The notes beneath the pieces were generated by a model. The model was not told the DNA's origin, made no database searches, and saw nothing but the letters and a program-made list of their open reading frames with translations. Made by a program: the position numbers and the translations under genes. DNA of 64,000 nucleotides from Novakomyces olei. Lineage: Eukaryota. Shown piece by piece: positions 31,752-42,859 of this stretch. The first letter of the stretch is position 1, and every line of letters starts with the position of its first letter. The DNA is taken from NCBI GenBank assembly GCA_016906335.1, contig JADEYG010000003.1:1612001-1676000 (forward strand), in the 5' to 3' direction.

Positions 31752-34700
31752 ATGTCGTCCTCCGCCTCGTCGGACCTGAGCGATCTCGATTCTGACGATC
31801 TCGATTCTGACGATCTCCTACCGCCGCCGACTCTGCCCGGCTCTTTGGGCAGAGAAGGCAGATCTTGTTCCGTCTCTGAGCCGAATTTGCCTCCGGACTC
31901 TGCCGCCTCTTTACCTTCTCTGCCTTCTCTACCTTCTTTACCTTGTCTAGTCCCGTCGCCCTCTCTGCGCAAACGCAGACGGCAGAGCAGCCAAGGCCGC
32001 GAGACAAGACGGCCTCGGCGCAGCAGCAGCCCTTGTGCCTCCACCGCTGCTCAGCAGCATCCATTGCTGCAAGCAATCTTGGCTGCCGATATGGCAGCGC
32101 TCAGTGACGGACTGCGTCAGCTGCCACAGATCGACGAGCAAGACTGCCGAGGCCAAACTGCCCTGCACTTGGCCACCGCACACGACTGGACTGCCGGGAT
32201 CGAAGTGCTGCTGAAACGTGGAGCCGATCCACGTAAAATGGACTCGGCCAGGGAGACTCCGCTTGCTCTTGCAGCCGACAAGAGCTACAAGGCCTGGATG
32301 TCGCGGATGGCAGCTCAGTGTGCTTTTGCTCACAAGCGGGACAAGGCCGGGGTCACTGCTCTGCACAAGGCCTCTTTTAATGGCGATTTAAAGGAGGTTA
32401 GGCGCTTGCTTGCGCTTGGAGCAGACGCTAATGCTGCCGACAATGCGGGGTACAGGCCTCTGCACAAGTGTGCCTTGAGAGGCCATTTTGCAATTGCTTC
32501 TTACCTGCTGCACCAGGGCGCTGACGTGTCCGTGCAGGATGAAAATGGGGAAACCCCACTGTTTGACGCTGCCGGCCATGGATTTTGTGATGTTGTGCAA
32601 CTGCTGTTGGAGCATGGAGCGTCTGCCCGGCACGAGAATCATAACGGAGCTATGGCTATTGACCAGGACGTGGATGACAATGTAGCCCGGCTGCTGCAAA
32701 AGTATATGAGGCACAGGACACGGTCGGGAGGAGAGGAAAAGGGCAGTTTGCTTGCCGAGAACCATCCAAGTTTTAGACGGGAACGGAGCGAGAGCGGCTC
32801 TATTCCGGCTGGCGATAAGCGCCAGGTCGATATTACGCTCTACAGCGACTCTAAAAACTTTTTCCAGTACGTTGCATCGGGCAATTTGGAGTTTGTTGCG
32901 TCTGTTTTGATGGAAGTTGGGCCTAAAATTGCGAATAAGCCTTCATCGCGCGATGGCAATTACCCGCTTCACGTGGCGGCTAAACGTGGGCTGGCAGAGA
33001 TTGTGGAACTGCTGTTGGCTCACGGAGCCGATCCAACAGCTGCCAACGCCCAGGGCAATACTGCCCTTCACGAACTGGCTGGCCGAGGCCATATTCGCGT
33101 GGCTCGAATTCTTATTGAAAGTGGAGCTCTGCCCTGGCTGCGAAATGCTCAAGGCCGCACCCCGCGGGACGTGGCGGGTCTGCTCTTACCGGACGACGAT
33201 GCAGAGCTTTTTTTTTGGGAAAAAGTAGGACAAAGGCAGGACGATGGAAGCAACGAAAAATTAGGGAATGAAAATGGAAATGGGAATGGAAATGGGAATG
33301 GAAATGAAAATGGGAATGAAAATGGAAACGGGAAAAAGAGTCCAGTTGGAAACTCAGGTAACGTGACAGCCAGTGGCCGAGTTAAAGCACGGCAACGGAC
33401 AAACGGAAGCGAAGGAGACAACGAGAGCAGCAATAACGGCTCGGCCAGCCTGAAACGTCGACGCCGGAGCCGGCGTCGGTGCTTGTCCAGCGACTCTGAG
33501 GTTGATCAGATGCAAGATGGGAGCGAGGCAGGTAAAGCCGGCCAAGAGCTGCTCAGGCATAAAGCCTTGAGCAGTGAAACTAGTCGCGATTCAAGTGAGG
33601 GTGAGAGCGAGGCTCCAAACAGGACTGTAATCAACCTCGGCGATAGCAAAGAAGGGGAGCCAATGTCGCCAAACGGTGCAGAGTCTCCGAGCACGTTTAG
33701 TCTACGAGCCGAGTCGGCAATAGGACAGAAACTTGAAAAGACTGGGTCCAGTTGGGAGTGCGATAATGGCCTCGAGCCAAAGGCAGAGCCAAAGGCAGAG
33801 CCAAAGGCAGAGCCAAAGGCAGAGCCAAGGTCAGAGCCAATCCTCTCCGAAGGAGCGGAAAACCAAGTAAAACACGAGGCTGCATACAATGGGGACAGAG
33901 TGCCCGACGGGTTTGCAGAGGATGGCACACAGAGCCTTCAGGCCAATGACGTCAATTTCAGCTTGAGCAATGGTTCGGTTGGTAGTGGAGCGGAGGGCAG
34001 TCAATCAGTAAATGCCAAAGCTTTACCGGAAGGATTTAACCACACTGATACAGCTTCTCCACTAGCAAACGGAGCAGAGTGTTTGCCAATGGAAGAATCA
34101 GATCAAATAGGGTTCAGCGAAACGCAGGGCCCTTTGGATACTGAAGCTCAAGCTGGCGCAGACTGTATGGCCGCTGGTGGAAAGGACTCGCATGGACAAG
34201 CAAATAATTTGCACTCAATCGACGCTCAAACGTCGGATAAAGACCAGTCTGAAGTGAAGGTGGAGCCTGATAATGGGCACAACGATCCTACTGTCCCTGC
34301 GGCTTCTTCGTTTGCTTCGTTTCACTCTCCTGCGCTAAGCAGCAGGAGCCGGGGCAACAGTGACAAGAAAGAAAACGCTCGAGTCAGCAGCTCACGTGGC
34401 AGTTTTGGTGTTGCAGTAAACGGCTCCTCTCCTCAAGCACAGGAAAAGCAAAATACTCTGCCTGTCCAAAGCAAAAAGCGGTCTGTTTCACCCGTTGCCG
34501 CTTGCAAAACCTGTAAATCACCGCCGCCTGCTTTTGCTTCTGCCTCCGCCTCTGCTTTGCCATTTACTCCAGGCCTTGCTTCGGAACCTTCTAGCCATAT
34601 GACGTCGCCCAAATCTTTTCGACGAATGCCGGTGCGTAAGGCGACAATGCCAGAGGCCCGGCAGATCCCACCTGCTGACCAGGAAAACGAGTGGACGGCA

Positions 34701-35651
34701 GTTAGAAGGCTCGTTATGAATCGTGGTGTTCGGCGACCTCCGAACCGGTCAATGTCGCTCTCCGTTTTACCGACTGGCACGCAAGAGAGCGCACTGGACC
34801 CGTCTTTTCAGCCTACACTGATTTGTAAGGATGAGAAGAGCCAAGATAAAGAAGGCGATACGAAGGAAAAGCAAAAAAAAGAAGGAAAAGTAAAAGAAGG
34901 AAATGCAAAAGAAGGCAAAGCAAAGGAAGGCAAAGCAAAAGAACATCAAGATGGAAAAGATGTACTTTGTAGCGCAGAGACGGCTGTGCAAAGCCAAACT
35001 TTTCTTGAACTAGAATCCGATAATTGTGAGAAAAACAAACACAATTCGCCTGATGGAGCGCTTGAAAACGGACAGGGCGGTCTCGATTGCAAGTACAGAA
35101 CTGAAGATTTATATGACGAAAAGACCGAAACTGCTACCGCTCAATCTAAACCCCTTCAGAATAAATCTGAGCCGGTTTCTTCCTCCCGGAGTTTAAGACC
35201 TCGGCCCGTTTCGCGGCAGTCGTCAACCTCGTCAATATTGGGCCACGGTGACCAGAGCCAGCAGCGACAGAGGCTTCAGTACCTGTTAGAATCAATGCAG
35301 GAAAGACCTTCAACCCAGTGTGTACTTGACTACGATTCCGTTTCAGGCGCCCCTTACCTGAACAAAAGCTTGACGGGACCGTGGAATAATCAGAATCATC
35401 TACTGGAGTCTTATCTCCGCTCTGGAAGCTTATCGGAGAAGGGGCAAAAGCCTGTTTATACTACAGTGAGCGATGTAGTGGCCTCGCATTTTCCTGCTAA
35501 TAATGGCCACAATAAATCTACCGTCGACGTTGAAACTAATTCAGCTTCGCTCCCAGATCCTTCTGCGTCAACAAGGGCCAAGCAGTTGTCCCCACAAAAG
35601 CCGAGACGGAAACGCACGAGCTCAAACTTTCTTGATCTTGTTATGAATTGA
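31752..35651 (+). CDS. Ankyrin-repeat protein with long disordered C-terminus (possibly Hos4/Set3C-subunit-like)
   Basis: Multiple ANK motifs (GQTALHLA, GVTALHKA, GYRPLHKC, GETPLFDAA, GNYPLHVAA, GNTALHELA). First ATG at 31752; basic NLS-like runs; low-complexity NG, EPKA and KEGKA repeats. The Hos4 resemblance is from memory of the family only. Confidence 0.85.
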   Translation: MSSSASSDLSDLDSDDLDSDDLLPPPTLPGSLGREGRSCSVSEPNLPPDSAASLPSLPSLPSLPCLVPSPSLRKRRRQSSQGRETRRPRRSSSPCASTAAQQHPLLQAILAADMAALSDGLRQLPQIDEQDCRGQTALHLATAHDWTAGIEVLLKRGADPRKMDSARETPLALAADKSYKAWMSRMAAQCAFAHKRDKAGVTALHKASFNGDLKEVRRLLALGADANAADNAGYRPLHKCALRGHFAIASYLLHQGADVSVQDENGETPLFDAAGHGFCDVVQLLLEHGASARHENHNGAMAIDQDVDDNVARLLQKYMRHRTRSGGEEKGSLLAENHPSFRRERSESGSIPAGDKRQVDITLYSDSKNFFQYVASGNLEFVASVLMEVGPKIANKPSSRDGNYPLHVAAKRGLAEIVELLLAHGADPTAANAQGNTALHELAGRGHIRVARILIESGALPWLRNAQGRTPRDVAGLLLPDDDAELFFWEKVGQRQDDGSNEKLGNENGNGNGNGNGNENGNENGNGKKSPVGNSGNVTASGRVKARQRTNGSEGDNESSNNGSASLKRRRRSRRRCLSSDSEVDQMQDGSEAGKAGQELLRHKALSSETSRDSSEGESEAPNRTVINLGDSKEGEPMSPNGAESPSTFSLRAESAIGQKLEKTGSSWECDNGLEPKAEPKAEPKAEPKAEPRSEPILSEGAENQVKHEAAYNGDRVPDGFAEDGTQSLQANDVNFSLSNGSVGSGAEGSQSVNAKALPEGFNHTDTASPLANGAECLPMEESDQIGFSETQGPLDTEAQAGADCMAAGGKDSHGQANNLHSIDAQTSDKDQSEVKVEPDNGHNDPTVPAASSFASFHSPALSSRSRGNSDKKENARVSSSRGSFGVAVNGSSPQAQEKQNTLPVQSKKRSVSPVAACKTCKSPPPAFASASASALPFTPGLASEPSSHMTSPKSFRRMPVRKATMPEARQIPPADQENEWTAVRRLVMNRGVRRPPNRSMSLSVLPTGTQESALDPSFQPTLICKDEKSQDKEGDTKEKQKKEGKVKEGNAKEGKAKEGKAKEHQDGKDVLCSAETAVQSQTFLELESDNCEKNKHNSPDGALENGQGGLDCKYRTEDLYDEKTETATAQSKPLQNKSEPVSSSRSLRPRPVSRQSSTSSILGHGDQSQQRQRLQYLLESMQERPSTQCVLDYDSVSGAPYLNKSLTGPWNNQNHLLESYLRSGSLSEKGQKPVYTTVSDVVASHFPANNGHNKSTVDVETNSASLPDPSASTRAKQLSPQKPRRKRTSSNFLDLVMN

Positions 35652-36268
35652 ACTATCAGGCAAATGGAAGGCTGTGGCTTTTACCGTTTTCTTTTTCGCC
35701 GGATATTTTTCAATAAATCACGGGACAATAAAGAGGATGAAGAACTATTCACTGTATTCAAACCACTATCGAGCTAAACAGTCTTTCCGTCTTTTCCCTT
35801 TTCATCATGGCCGGAAAAGTCTTGCAATGAAACGTTTTTATTCGTGAATTGGGGTTGGTTAAGGGCTGACTTTAGACGAGATTTTTCTTTTATTTTATTA
35901 TACAGTTTAGTATTTTCTTGTTTATTTTCGTGTTAATTTAATGTGCCTTGTTCATGTGCGGTTGGAGTTTGCCTCCGGCTTTAATGCCGCGAAACCCTAG
36001 CCCTAAACTGCTATTGTGTTTTTTACATAGGAGGGATTATTTTATGTCTAGTAATGACTGATACTTATACTACTTGAGTCTTGTAGGTGAAAGTTCAAGA
36101 GACTTAATTAGAGCAATAGAGGTGTAGTTCTTGTAAAAATTGAGTAATCGCGTGCATTTGGGAAACCATACAATTTTGCCTTAGGAAATCATACACTTTT
36201 CCTTGCTTATACTTCACTATATTCTGCTACAGCTATGCAAACACAGTACAAAATTCCATACTATTTAC

Positions 36269-36789
36269 ATACAATAATATATAAATAATATACAATAATA
36301 TACAATAATATACAATAATATACAATAATATACAATAATATACAATAATATACAATAAAACAATAAAAAATAATATACAATAATATACAATATAATATAC
36401 AATAATATACAATAATATACAATAATATACAATAATATACAATAATATACAATAATATACAATAATATACAATAATATACAATAATATACAATAATAAAA
36501 AAAAAAAAAAAAATATACAATAATATACAATAATATACAATAATATACAATAATATACAATAATATACAATAATATACAATAATATACAATAATATACAA
36601 TAATATACAATAATATACAATAATATACAATAATATACAATAATATACAATAATATACAATAATATACAATAATATACAATAATATACAATAATATACAA
36701 TAATATACAATAATATACAATAATATACAATAATATACAATAATATACAATAATATACAATAATGTACAATAATATACAGTAATATACA
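36269..36789. repeat. 10-bp satellite (TACAATAATA)n, about 50 copies, interrupted by a poly-A run
   Basis: Seen directly; poly-A at ~36496-36513. Confidence 0.97.
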
Positions 36790-36807
36790 TCACTGTAAAC
36801 AAAAAAA

Positions 36808-36815
36808 CAGTCACG
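36808..36815 (+). promoter_or_regulatory. Homol D-like box CAGTCACG upstream of RPS12
   Basis: 7/8 match to CAGTCACA, the Homol D element of ascomycete ribosomal-protein promoters, ~140 bp upstream of an RP gene ATG. Confidence 0.55.
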
Positions 36816-36954
36816 CACTTGACAAATACGAACCGTAAACACACACGGCTCACAAACTCAACACATCGTTTCGAGGAAATCGTGCGGGTAAGCAGCTAAG
36901 CACCTTAAACATCACAAATCCATCTAACAAGAAACAGATAAAAGACAGAAAAAA

Positions 36955-37395
36955 ATGTCTGCTGACGGAGAAGATGTGCAAGTGCCCGATGTGGCGGCCG
37001 CTGAGCCAGAGACCTCGGGAACTCTGTCGGTGGAGGATGCATTGAAGCAGGTTCTTAAAATTGCTCTTACTCACGACGGATTGGCGCGTGGTCTGCGCGA
37101 AGTGAGCAAAGCTCTGGACAAGCGCGTTGCTCACCTGTGCGTCCTCTGCGAAAGCAACAACGAGGAGTCTTACAAGAAATTGATCGAGGCTCTTTGCTCT
37201 GAGCACAGCATCCCATTGATCAAGGTTGGCGATGCGAAGAAGCTGGGCGAGTGGGCCGGTCTCTGCAACATTAACCGTGAAGGTCAGGCTGTTAAGGTTG
37301 TAGGCTGCTCGGCTGTGGCTATCAAAGACTATGGCGAAGAGTCTCACGCTCTGCAGGTTCTGCAAGAGTACGTCAAAAACCAGAACCAAGAGTAA
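36955..37395 (+). CDS. RPS12: 40S ribosomal protein S12 (eS12)
   Basis: [26 protein letters not shown]...LGEWAGLC...KVVGCS signature; intronless, 146 aa. Confidence 0.98.
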   Translation: MSADGEDVQVPDVAAAEPETSGTLSVEDALKQVLKIALTHDGLARGLREVSKALDKRVAHLCVLCESNNEESYKKLIEALCSEHSIPLIKVGDAKKLGEWAGLCNINREGQAVKVVGCSAVAIKDYGEESHALQVLQEYVKNQNQE

Positions 37396-37888
37396 ATTAA
37401 TTATTATTAAAAAATAATTAAAATTTTTTGGTGGAATGGGTTGCAGGTTCTGTAGACGTATCTGCTAAACATTTGGCGGTAATTCATTGCATCTTCCATC
37501 TATTTTGCGATTGCTTCCTAGAGTACAACCGAGTAAATGTCGGATTCAAGTATACACATTTGGTATATGTCCCATTAAGAAGGCTCCCTTTCTGCTTCTT
37601 AAAGGCCCAAGATCCATATGTTGCTACAGCGCCCATGCCCTGTGCCGTGAAACAATCAAAAGATATTGAAATAATAATAAAAAAAACTTACATATATAAT
37701 AACCATAAAATAAAAATGAACAAAATGAAAGGCACCAGGGGTATAGTAGTGTATCTTTTCGCATTGCTGTATGACATTTCTTCTCATAAAAATAAAAATA
37801 ATGCAGGAACGATTGTACTTTCTCTTGCTAGATAAACGTATTTTATGCAATAGTTAATGCCACTTGGTCATTAGGGTATCATATTCAT

Positions 37889-38753
37889 TTACAGATCCAA
37901 AGCCCACGCTCGACTAACCATCCTCTCTTCCATACAAGCATCTTTGTAATCACATTCACCCCAATCGGACGTGTTGTCCCACGCCAGTTCGAATTCTGGA
38001 TTCCGTGAACTTTGAGTCGGCAGGGGAATCGACCAGATATTTTCGCGTAATTTTTTATGCTAGCTCGAGTTAGCAAAAAAGCAAATAAAGACAATTGATT
38101 AAAATTAGCTTATCAGCAATAATAGAACTACCCTTTCCCGGTCCTCGTCCATACGCTTAAGGATCTCCTTTCGTGAGAAATGCTGTGCAGACTCTGACTC
38201 TCCGCCGGCAGATGTCGATCTTTATTGCACTGTCAGTATAATTTTGATTTTACATAAATCTATGTCATACTCTTCCAGTCTTCGTCCCAAGCCCTGATCA
38301 AGTGGGTCAAAGGCAGCATTGTCAACAAACCCTTTATCTCGCAAATTCGCTAATACTTCACGCGCGGTTATTATATTCGCATTGCCTTGTGCGCCTGCCG
38401 GAGCGACAAGGCTTATTATATGAGCAATATCGTGAATCAGCATTTCATGATAAGTCACCTTGATGCCAGTCGCGCTGCTTTGCTGCTCAGCACGCCGGCT
38501 GTAGTCGCATAGGGTTTCAAGGAAGTATAGAATATTGACACGGGCGTTTAGTGAAGTCTAAATTGGTTAGGGTTTAGCAAAACAGGCCTTGAGGACGCAC
38601 CGACTCGAGCTCTTCTAATATACAGGAATACAAGTCTTCTTCAAGAGCCGAGTTTTTCACGGCAAAAACAGCCAATGATTGCTGACTTTGCTGTGACGCA
38701 TTGAGCTTACTCAGCATCCTGAGGAACAGTAATCGGCCCTCAAACGGGTCCAT
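37889..38753 (-). CDS. CTK3: RNA polymerase II CTD kinase I gamma subunit (4 exons)
   Basis: MDPFEGRLLFLRMLSKLNASQ...LEEDLYSCILEELE, RVNILYF, and C-terminal LKRMDEDRERHKKLRENIW. Introns 38558-38600, 38220-38270 and 38060-38131 keep the frame; stop at 37889-37891. Confidence 0.9.
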
Positions 38754-38879
38754 TGCGAGCTGCTCAAGCTCTATTTTGTCATTCACGATATACAGACAAA
38801 GCGATTCTTAATTATTGTATGGTAATCGCTCTATATATGATTGACTCGAATTCCTCCTTTATTCTATTTCACAGTTTTA

Positions 38880-38922
38880 TAACCCTAAATAATTTCTAGA
38901 AACTAACCCTAACTAACCCTAA
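38880..38922. promoter_or_regulatory. Cluster of telomere-like AACCCTAA motifs in the divergent CTK3/RTT106 promoter
   Basis: AAACCCTAAA followed by tandem ACTAACCCTA-ACTAACCCTA between two head-to-head ATGs ~240 bp apart. Confidence 0.5.
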
Positions 38923-38995
38923 TCCCTTAAGGGCGCCTCGACAACGAGTCAAGCATAATACCTTTTTGCTTGCTTCTGTACTACTGCAAAACGTC

Positions 38996-40465
38996 ATGCC
39001 GCCCTGGTTGAGCGCGTTCGACGGGGACGCGACATTGCGCTCAGATATTTCGCATTATGTGAAACAAACTCCGTCGTCCGAATCTCTTTTCCACCGTGTT
39101 GCAGATTACATTTCTGCTGTGTGTGGTAATGACGGCGATAATAATAATAATAAACGGCGACGCGTAGGCGACACAGCTGGCGGTACTCGGCCGGCGAACT
39201 GTCTCGAATCAGACAATGACAAGGGCATTTTTACCATCCCTAATGTCGCGTTTCTCATGCCTTTACGGAAGAAATGCTCAATAGTGGTAACGGATTTAGG
39301 GTTAATTGCGCGCAATGGCGATAGTGAAGCAGTTAATTTAGAATGGGCTAAAATTGCCTTTGCGTTTTGTCTTCCAGTGGCAGAGAAAACCGTGCCAGCA
39401 CATAATATTATATTGCTGCCTCGTAGTAATGGTGGCCAAGGGTCAATTGCTACAGATTCTGCCGTCTGTTTTGCAGTGGCAGACGGAACAGAAGACTCGA
39501 ATCAAATCTGTTTATTACTGGACAAATACTGCCCTGACGGGCTGGCGAGACCGGACGCTAGCGAGTTTGCTAGTGTCATGCCGCAGGCGAATAAAAAGTC
39601 TCAAAAAGCAATGTACGTGCAGGCCCATCGTGGGTCTAAAGAGGGGAGCTTGTTTTTCCTAAAACAAGGAATATTGTTCGGGTTTAAACGGCCGTTGTTT
39701 TTCATTCCGCTTATGTCTATTAATTCAGTGAGCGTGACAACCGTTGTGCAGCACACATTTAGTCTTTTAGTCACGGATCACGATGGAGGGGCAGTTGAGT
39801 TTTCCATGATTGATCAAGCCGATTATACCGGTATTGAGGGGTACATTCGAAGGTAGCTACATCGCCGTTTTAGGTGGACTGTTTATTTTTATCCAATTTA
39901 TTTATCGTGGCTATACAATGGCACCAATAATACTGACCAAACAAGACATCGGCTGCGTGATAGTAGTATGGCACAAGAACGTGCTGCCAAATCGAGCAAG
40001 AATGCTGCTGAACCGTCAGAATTAGTACGCGCTGAAGCAGAATTGAACGGACAAGGAAACGGAGACGCAACGACGGAGAATGCGGAAGCTGAAGAGGATG
40101 ACGGCGATGATGATGACGATGATGACGACGATAATTTTGAATATACAAAAGATATGAGCGATGGCGGCTCACCTCGATCAGATTCAGATGATGGAGATGG
40201 GGATGGGAGAGCAGAGGAGCCAAATAACGATGAAACTGAACCAGTCGCATCGGAAGAAGAGGATCAAGCCGAGCAAGTGCCGGCTGATGAAGTAGACCTT
40301 GATACTGATGCGTCTGCGTCTGGAGAAGATGATGAACAAGACGAAGAAGAATTGGAGGAAGAAGGCGATGTAGATATTGGACAGGAAGAAGCAGAAGACG
40401 GAGTGGAGGAAGCCGATACAGAGCTTAAGGATGATACGAATGAAGAACCCGAATTTGGATGGTGA
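38996..40465 (+). CDS. RTT106: Histone chaperone Rtt106-like (double PH domain, acidic tail), 2 exons
   Basis: AHRGSKEGSLFFL..GILFGFKRPL and VEFSMIDQAD motifs. Intron 39853-39945 joins YIRR to HRLRDSSMAQER and a D/E-rich tail. Confidence 0.88.
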
Positions 40466-40780
40466 TTGGATTAAAATAAAAGATTACGGTTGCCGTCTAC
40501 AGTATTTGTTCAATTAAAAATATCGAATGTAATCAAAAATATATATATATAGCTATACTTGTAACAACCCTAATTTTACTACCATCTTTTGTAATGAGAA
40601 TTATATTTTCCAGCACTCGGTTGATTGAACAAAGACTTGCTCGAGTGTCGCCAGTACTAAGTATCTGGCCAACAGTCCAAATAAACGCGGCAAGAAAGGG
40701 AAAATATTTACTCTATTCGTTTGTCAAAGCAATTGACAGTTGGGGAAAAAAACCCTTATGCACCCATATTGAACCATGTA

Positions 40781-41944
40781 TCAGGCCGCATTCTTGAACC
40801 CCTCTTTGAAAGGATAGCTGGGCCGTGTGGCGGCGACATAGTCTGGCGGAATAATCCCCAGTTCAATTTGGCGCTGGATAAGAGAGTCCAGGTAAGGCAC
40901 CAAGTGATCGCGGTACGCGTGCACCTCCTTGTAGGCCATAATTTCCTTGGGCGCCTCTGTCATCCAAAGTTTCAGGATCGAGGGAACCCCTGGTTCGTCC
41001 TTCATGTCACATATTCGATAGAATACAGGATGATTGGAGAACACAACTGCTCCAGTCTTTGGCAGGCGTCGCAGTGTCTGCCGCTCAACACGAACGAGAA
41101 ATTTTTCGTACGGTACGTCCGTGATTGCCTCGGAGACTTGGGTGTGGTACCCGAGTTTGTTCTCGTACAGACCGTAATCATATGTAATGAAAAAACTGGC
41201 CCGTTCAACAGGTTTGGCCGCCTCAAACTTGGAAAAGTACCGCTCCATACTGGGCCTCAATTTCGATTCGTACAGCGGCACAGGCGTATGAATCTCGTTC
41301 AGGCAGCGTCCAATCTTTGTAGAAATGTTGAACCCGCCGGGAAAGGGCACACATCCAGCGACCATATAGTGCTGGCCATCGTCCCGCCTTTGCACGATAT
41401 AGAAATCTTCCTTGGCCAGGCGGGCGAGCACAAGCAGCGGATGCTGGTCAGTGGCCTGCAGGTCGGGAAACTCCTCACCCGTAATCAAATTCGCAATCCC
41501 ACAATCGCCGATCCGCTTAAAGAGGCACGGGTACCGTTTAATTAAAAAATCACTGGCCAGCAGCAGCAGTTCCCGTGACGGCTCCTCCCCGTCTGGCAGG
41601 CAATCAAAGACCATACTGCCCCGCTTCGTAATCTCCTTTTGCTTTTCCTCAAAGTACCGCCAGTACCATCGGTCCATATCGAGCCAATGGTTGGGCGGCA
41701 GTTTGAATACGGACATGGTCTGGTGGTACGGCCACCGGAAAGGCCGCCACGGCCGGTCGTCGTACTGCCTCAATTTTTCCACTGTCAAATCACGCAGCGG
41801 CTCTGGGTCTGGGAAGGACTCTGGCTGCTTTTGTCTCTGCCCACTCGCTGATTGGCTGCCCTTGCGTCGCCCTGCACTTAGCGCTTTTTGCGCAAGAAAG
41901 GCAAGCAGCAGCACGACTGCGCCTGCTATTACTTGGACGTGCAT
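40781..41944 (-). CDS. DUF3445 / heme-dependent oxidative N-demethylase alpha-subunit-like protein, paralog A
   Basis: N-terminal hydrophobic anchor; WRPFRWPYHQTM, EDFYI, IHTPVP and RVERQTLRRLPKTGAVVF motifs. Confidence 0.85.
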   Translation of the reverse strand: MHVQVIAGAVVLLLAFLAQKALSAGRRKGSQSASGQRQKQPESFPDPEPLRDLTVEKLRQYDDRPWRPFRWPYHQTMSVFKLPPNHWLDMDRWYWRYFEEKQKEITKRGSMVFDCLPDGEEPSRELLLLASDFLIKRYPCLFKRIGDCGIANLITGEEFPDLQATDQHPLLVLARLAKEDFYIVQRRDDGQHYMVAGCVPFPGGFNISTKIGRCLNEIHTPVPLYESKLRPSMERYFSKFEAAKPVERASFFITYDYGLYENKLGYHTQVSEAITDVPYEKFLVRVERQTLRRLPKTGAVVFSNHPVFYRICDMKDEPGVPSILKLWMTEAPKEIMAYKEVHAYRDHLVPYLDSLIQRQIELGIIPPDYVAATRPSYPFKEGFKNAA

Positions 41945-42859
41945 ATCGTGTGTACGCGCACGCAGGGCCCAATTTCGCGGGGCGCGTGCTTATTTATACT
42001 CGTCAGGCAGTCTCGTCTATCGCGCTTTATACGGGGAAAAGCCGTGCAACCGTGGGCTGCCCCCTATCTAGCGCGGGAGAATATTATGATTAGATAATAT
42101 TATGACTCGATAATAACGGATTAGGCGCACACCGAAATCCGAGGTATCGACGAAACGGGCTGTATGAGTTTTATGGGACATATACATAGGTTTTGTTTCT
42201 TGCGTTCTTTTTTGCGATTTTTATTGCGTTTTTGTTTCGGATTTTCTGTTTTGTTTCTTGTTTTGTTTCTTGTTTTGTTTCTTGTTTTGATTCTTGTTTT
42301 GATTCTTGTTTTGTTTCTTGTTTCGTTTTTACATTTGTGTTTTTCTATTTGCCTTTTCTATTTGCGTCTCTTGTTGCGTCTCTTGCTGTGTTCTTGTTGT
42401 GTTCTTGTTGCGCTCTTTTTGCGTTCTTTTTGCCTTTATTACCCATTTCTACTTGTACTACACAAAAAGAGTATTATTCGCATCTGAATCTTATCACGAC
42501 TTGGCTGCGCGATTACGCATCATTACCTGTCACGAACACGAGCAGGCGTCGATATTGTACTAAATTCATACAGATATCGGTGTCAGATAACCATCCATAA
42601 ACGGTAATTTGCACGGACCAATAGCGAGGGCCGATGAATTCGAGAGGACAGGAAAGACGGAGCGCGCTGGGGAAAGCAAAAGAGACACGGCGATTCCGGC
42701 AATAGATACGATGGAATAGAACGATTTATTTGTGGAAAATTGGTCGGTCGGTTGTGTTTGCTTTTGTTACAGTGCGTGTATAAAAAAGCCACGGACGGGG
42801 ACAGGGAAACGGTGAACGTAGGATCCAAACCTTAAGCTAAAGGGATCGAGAAAAGTATA
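41945..42859. promoter_or_regulatory. Bidirectional promoter of the two DUF3445 genes
   Basis: TATAAATA on the minus strand at 41991-41998 and TATAAAA on the plus strand at 42779-42785, each upstream of an ATG. Central T-rich repeat tract. Confidence 0.65.
42243..42330. repeat. 12-bp repeat (TTGTTTCTTGTT)n within a T-rich tract
   Basis: About 6 copies seen directly, some with TTGATTC variants. Confidence 0.85.

Noticed and set aside
36061-36180. U1 snRNA (ATACTTA start) or snR30/U17 (AAACCAT motif)
   Set aside because: It lacks ACTTACCTG and the U1 loops, and lacks the ATATTCCT m1 motif. Kept only as a generic structured-RNA candidate.
36233-36853. Three YYCILLYIIV-repeat ORFs
   Set aside because: Translations of the 10-bp satellite, open in all three minus frames.
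40721-42071. Plus-strand ORFs of 274 and 219 aa
   Set aside because: Antisense to the DUF3445 paralog A CDS, with no recognisable motifs.
42164-42600. Hydrophobic F/L/V/C-rich ORFs
   Set aside because: Products of the T-rich repeat tract in the bidirectional promoter.
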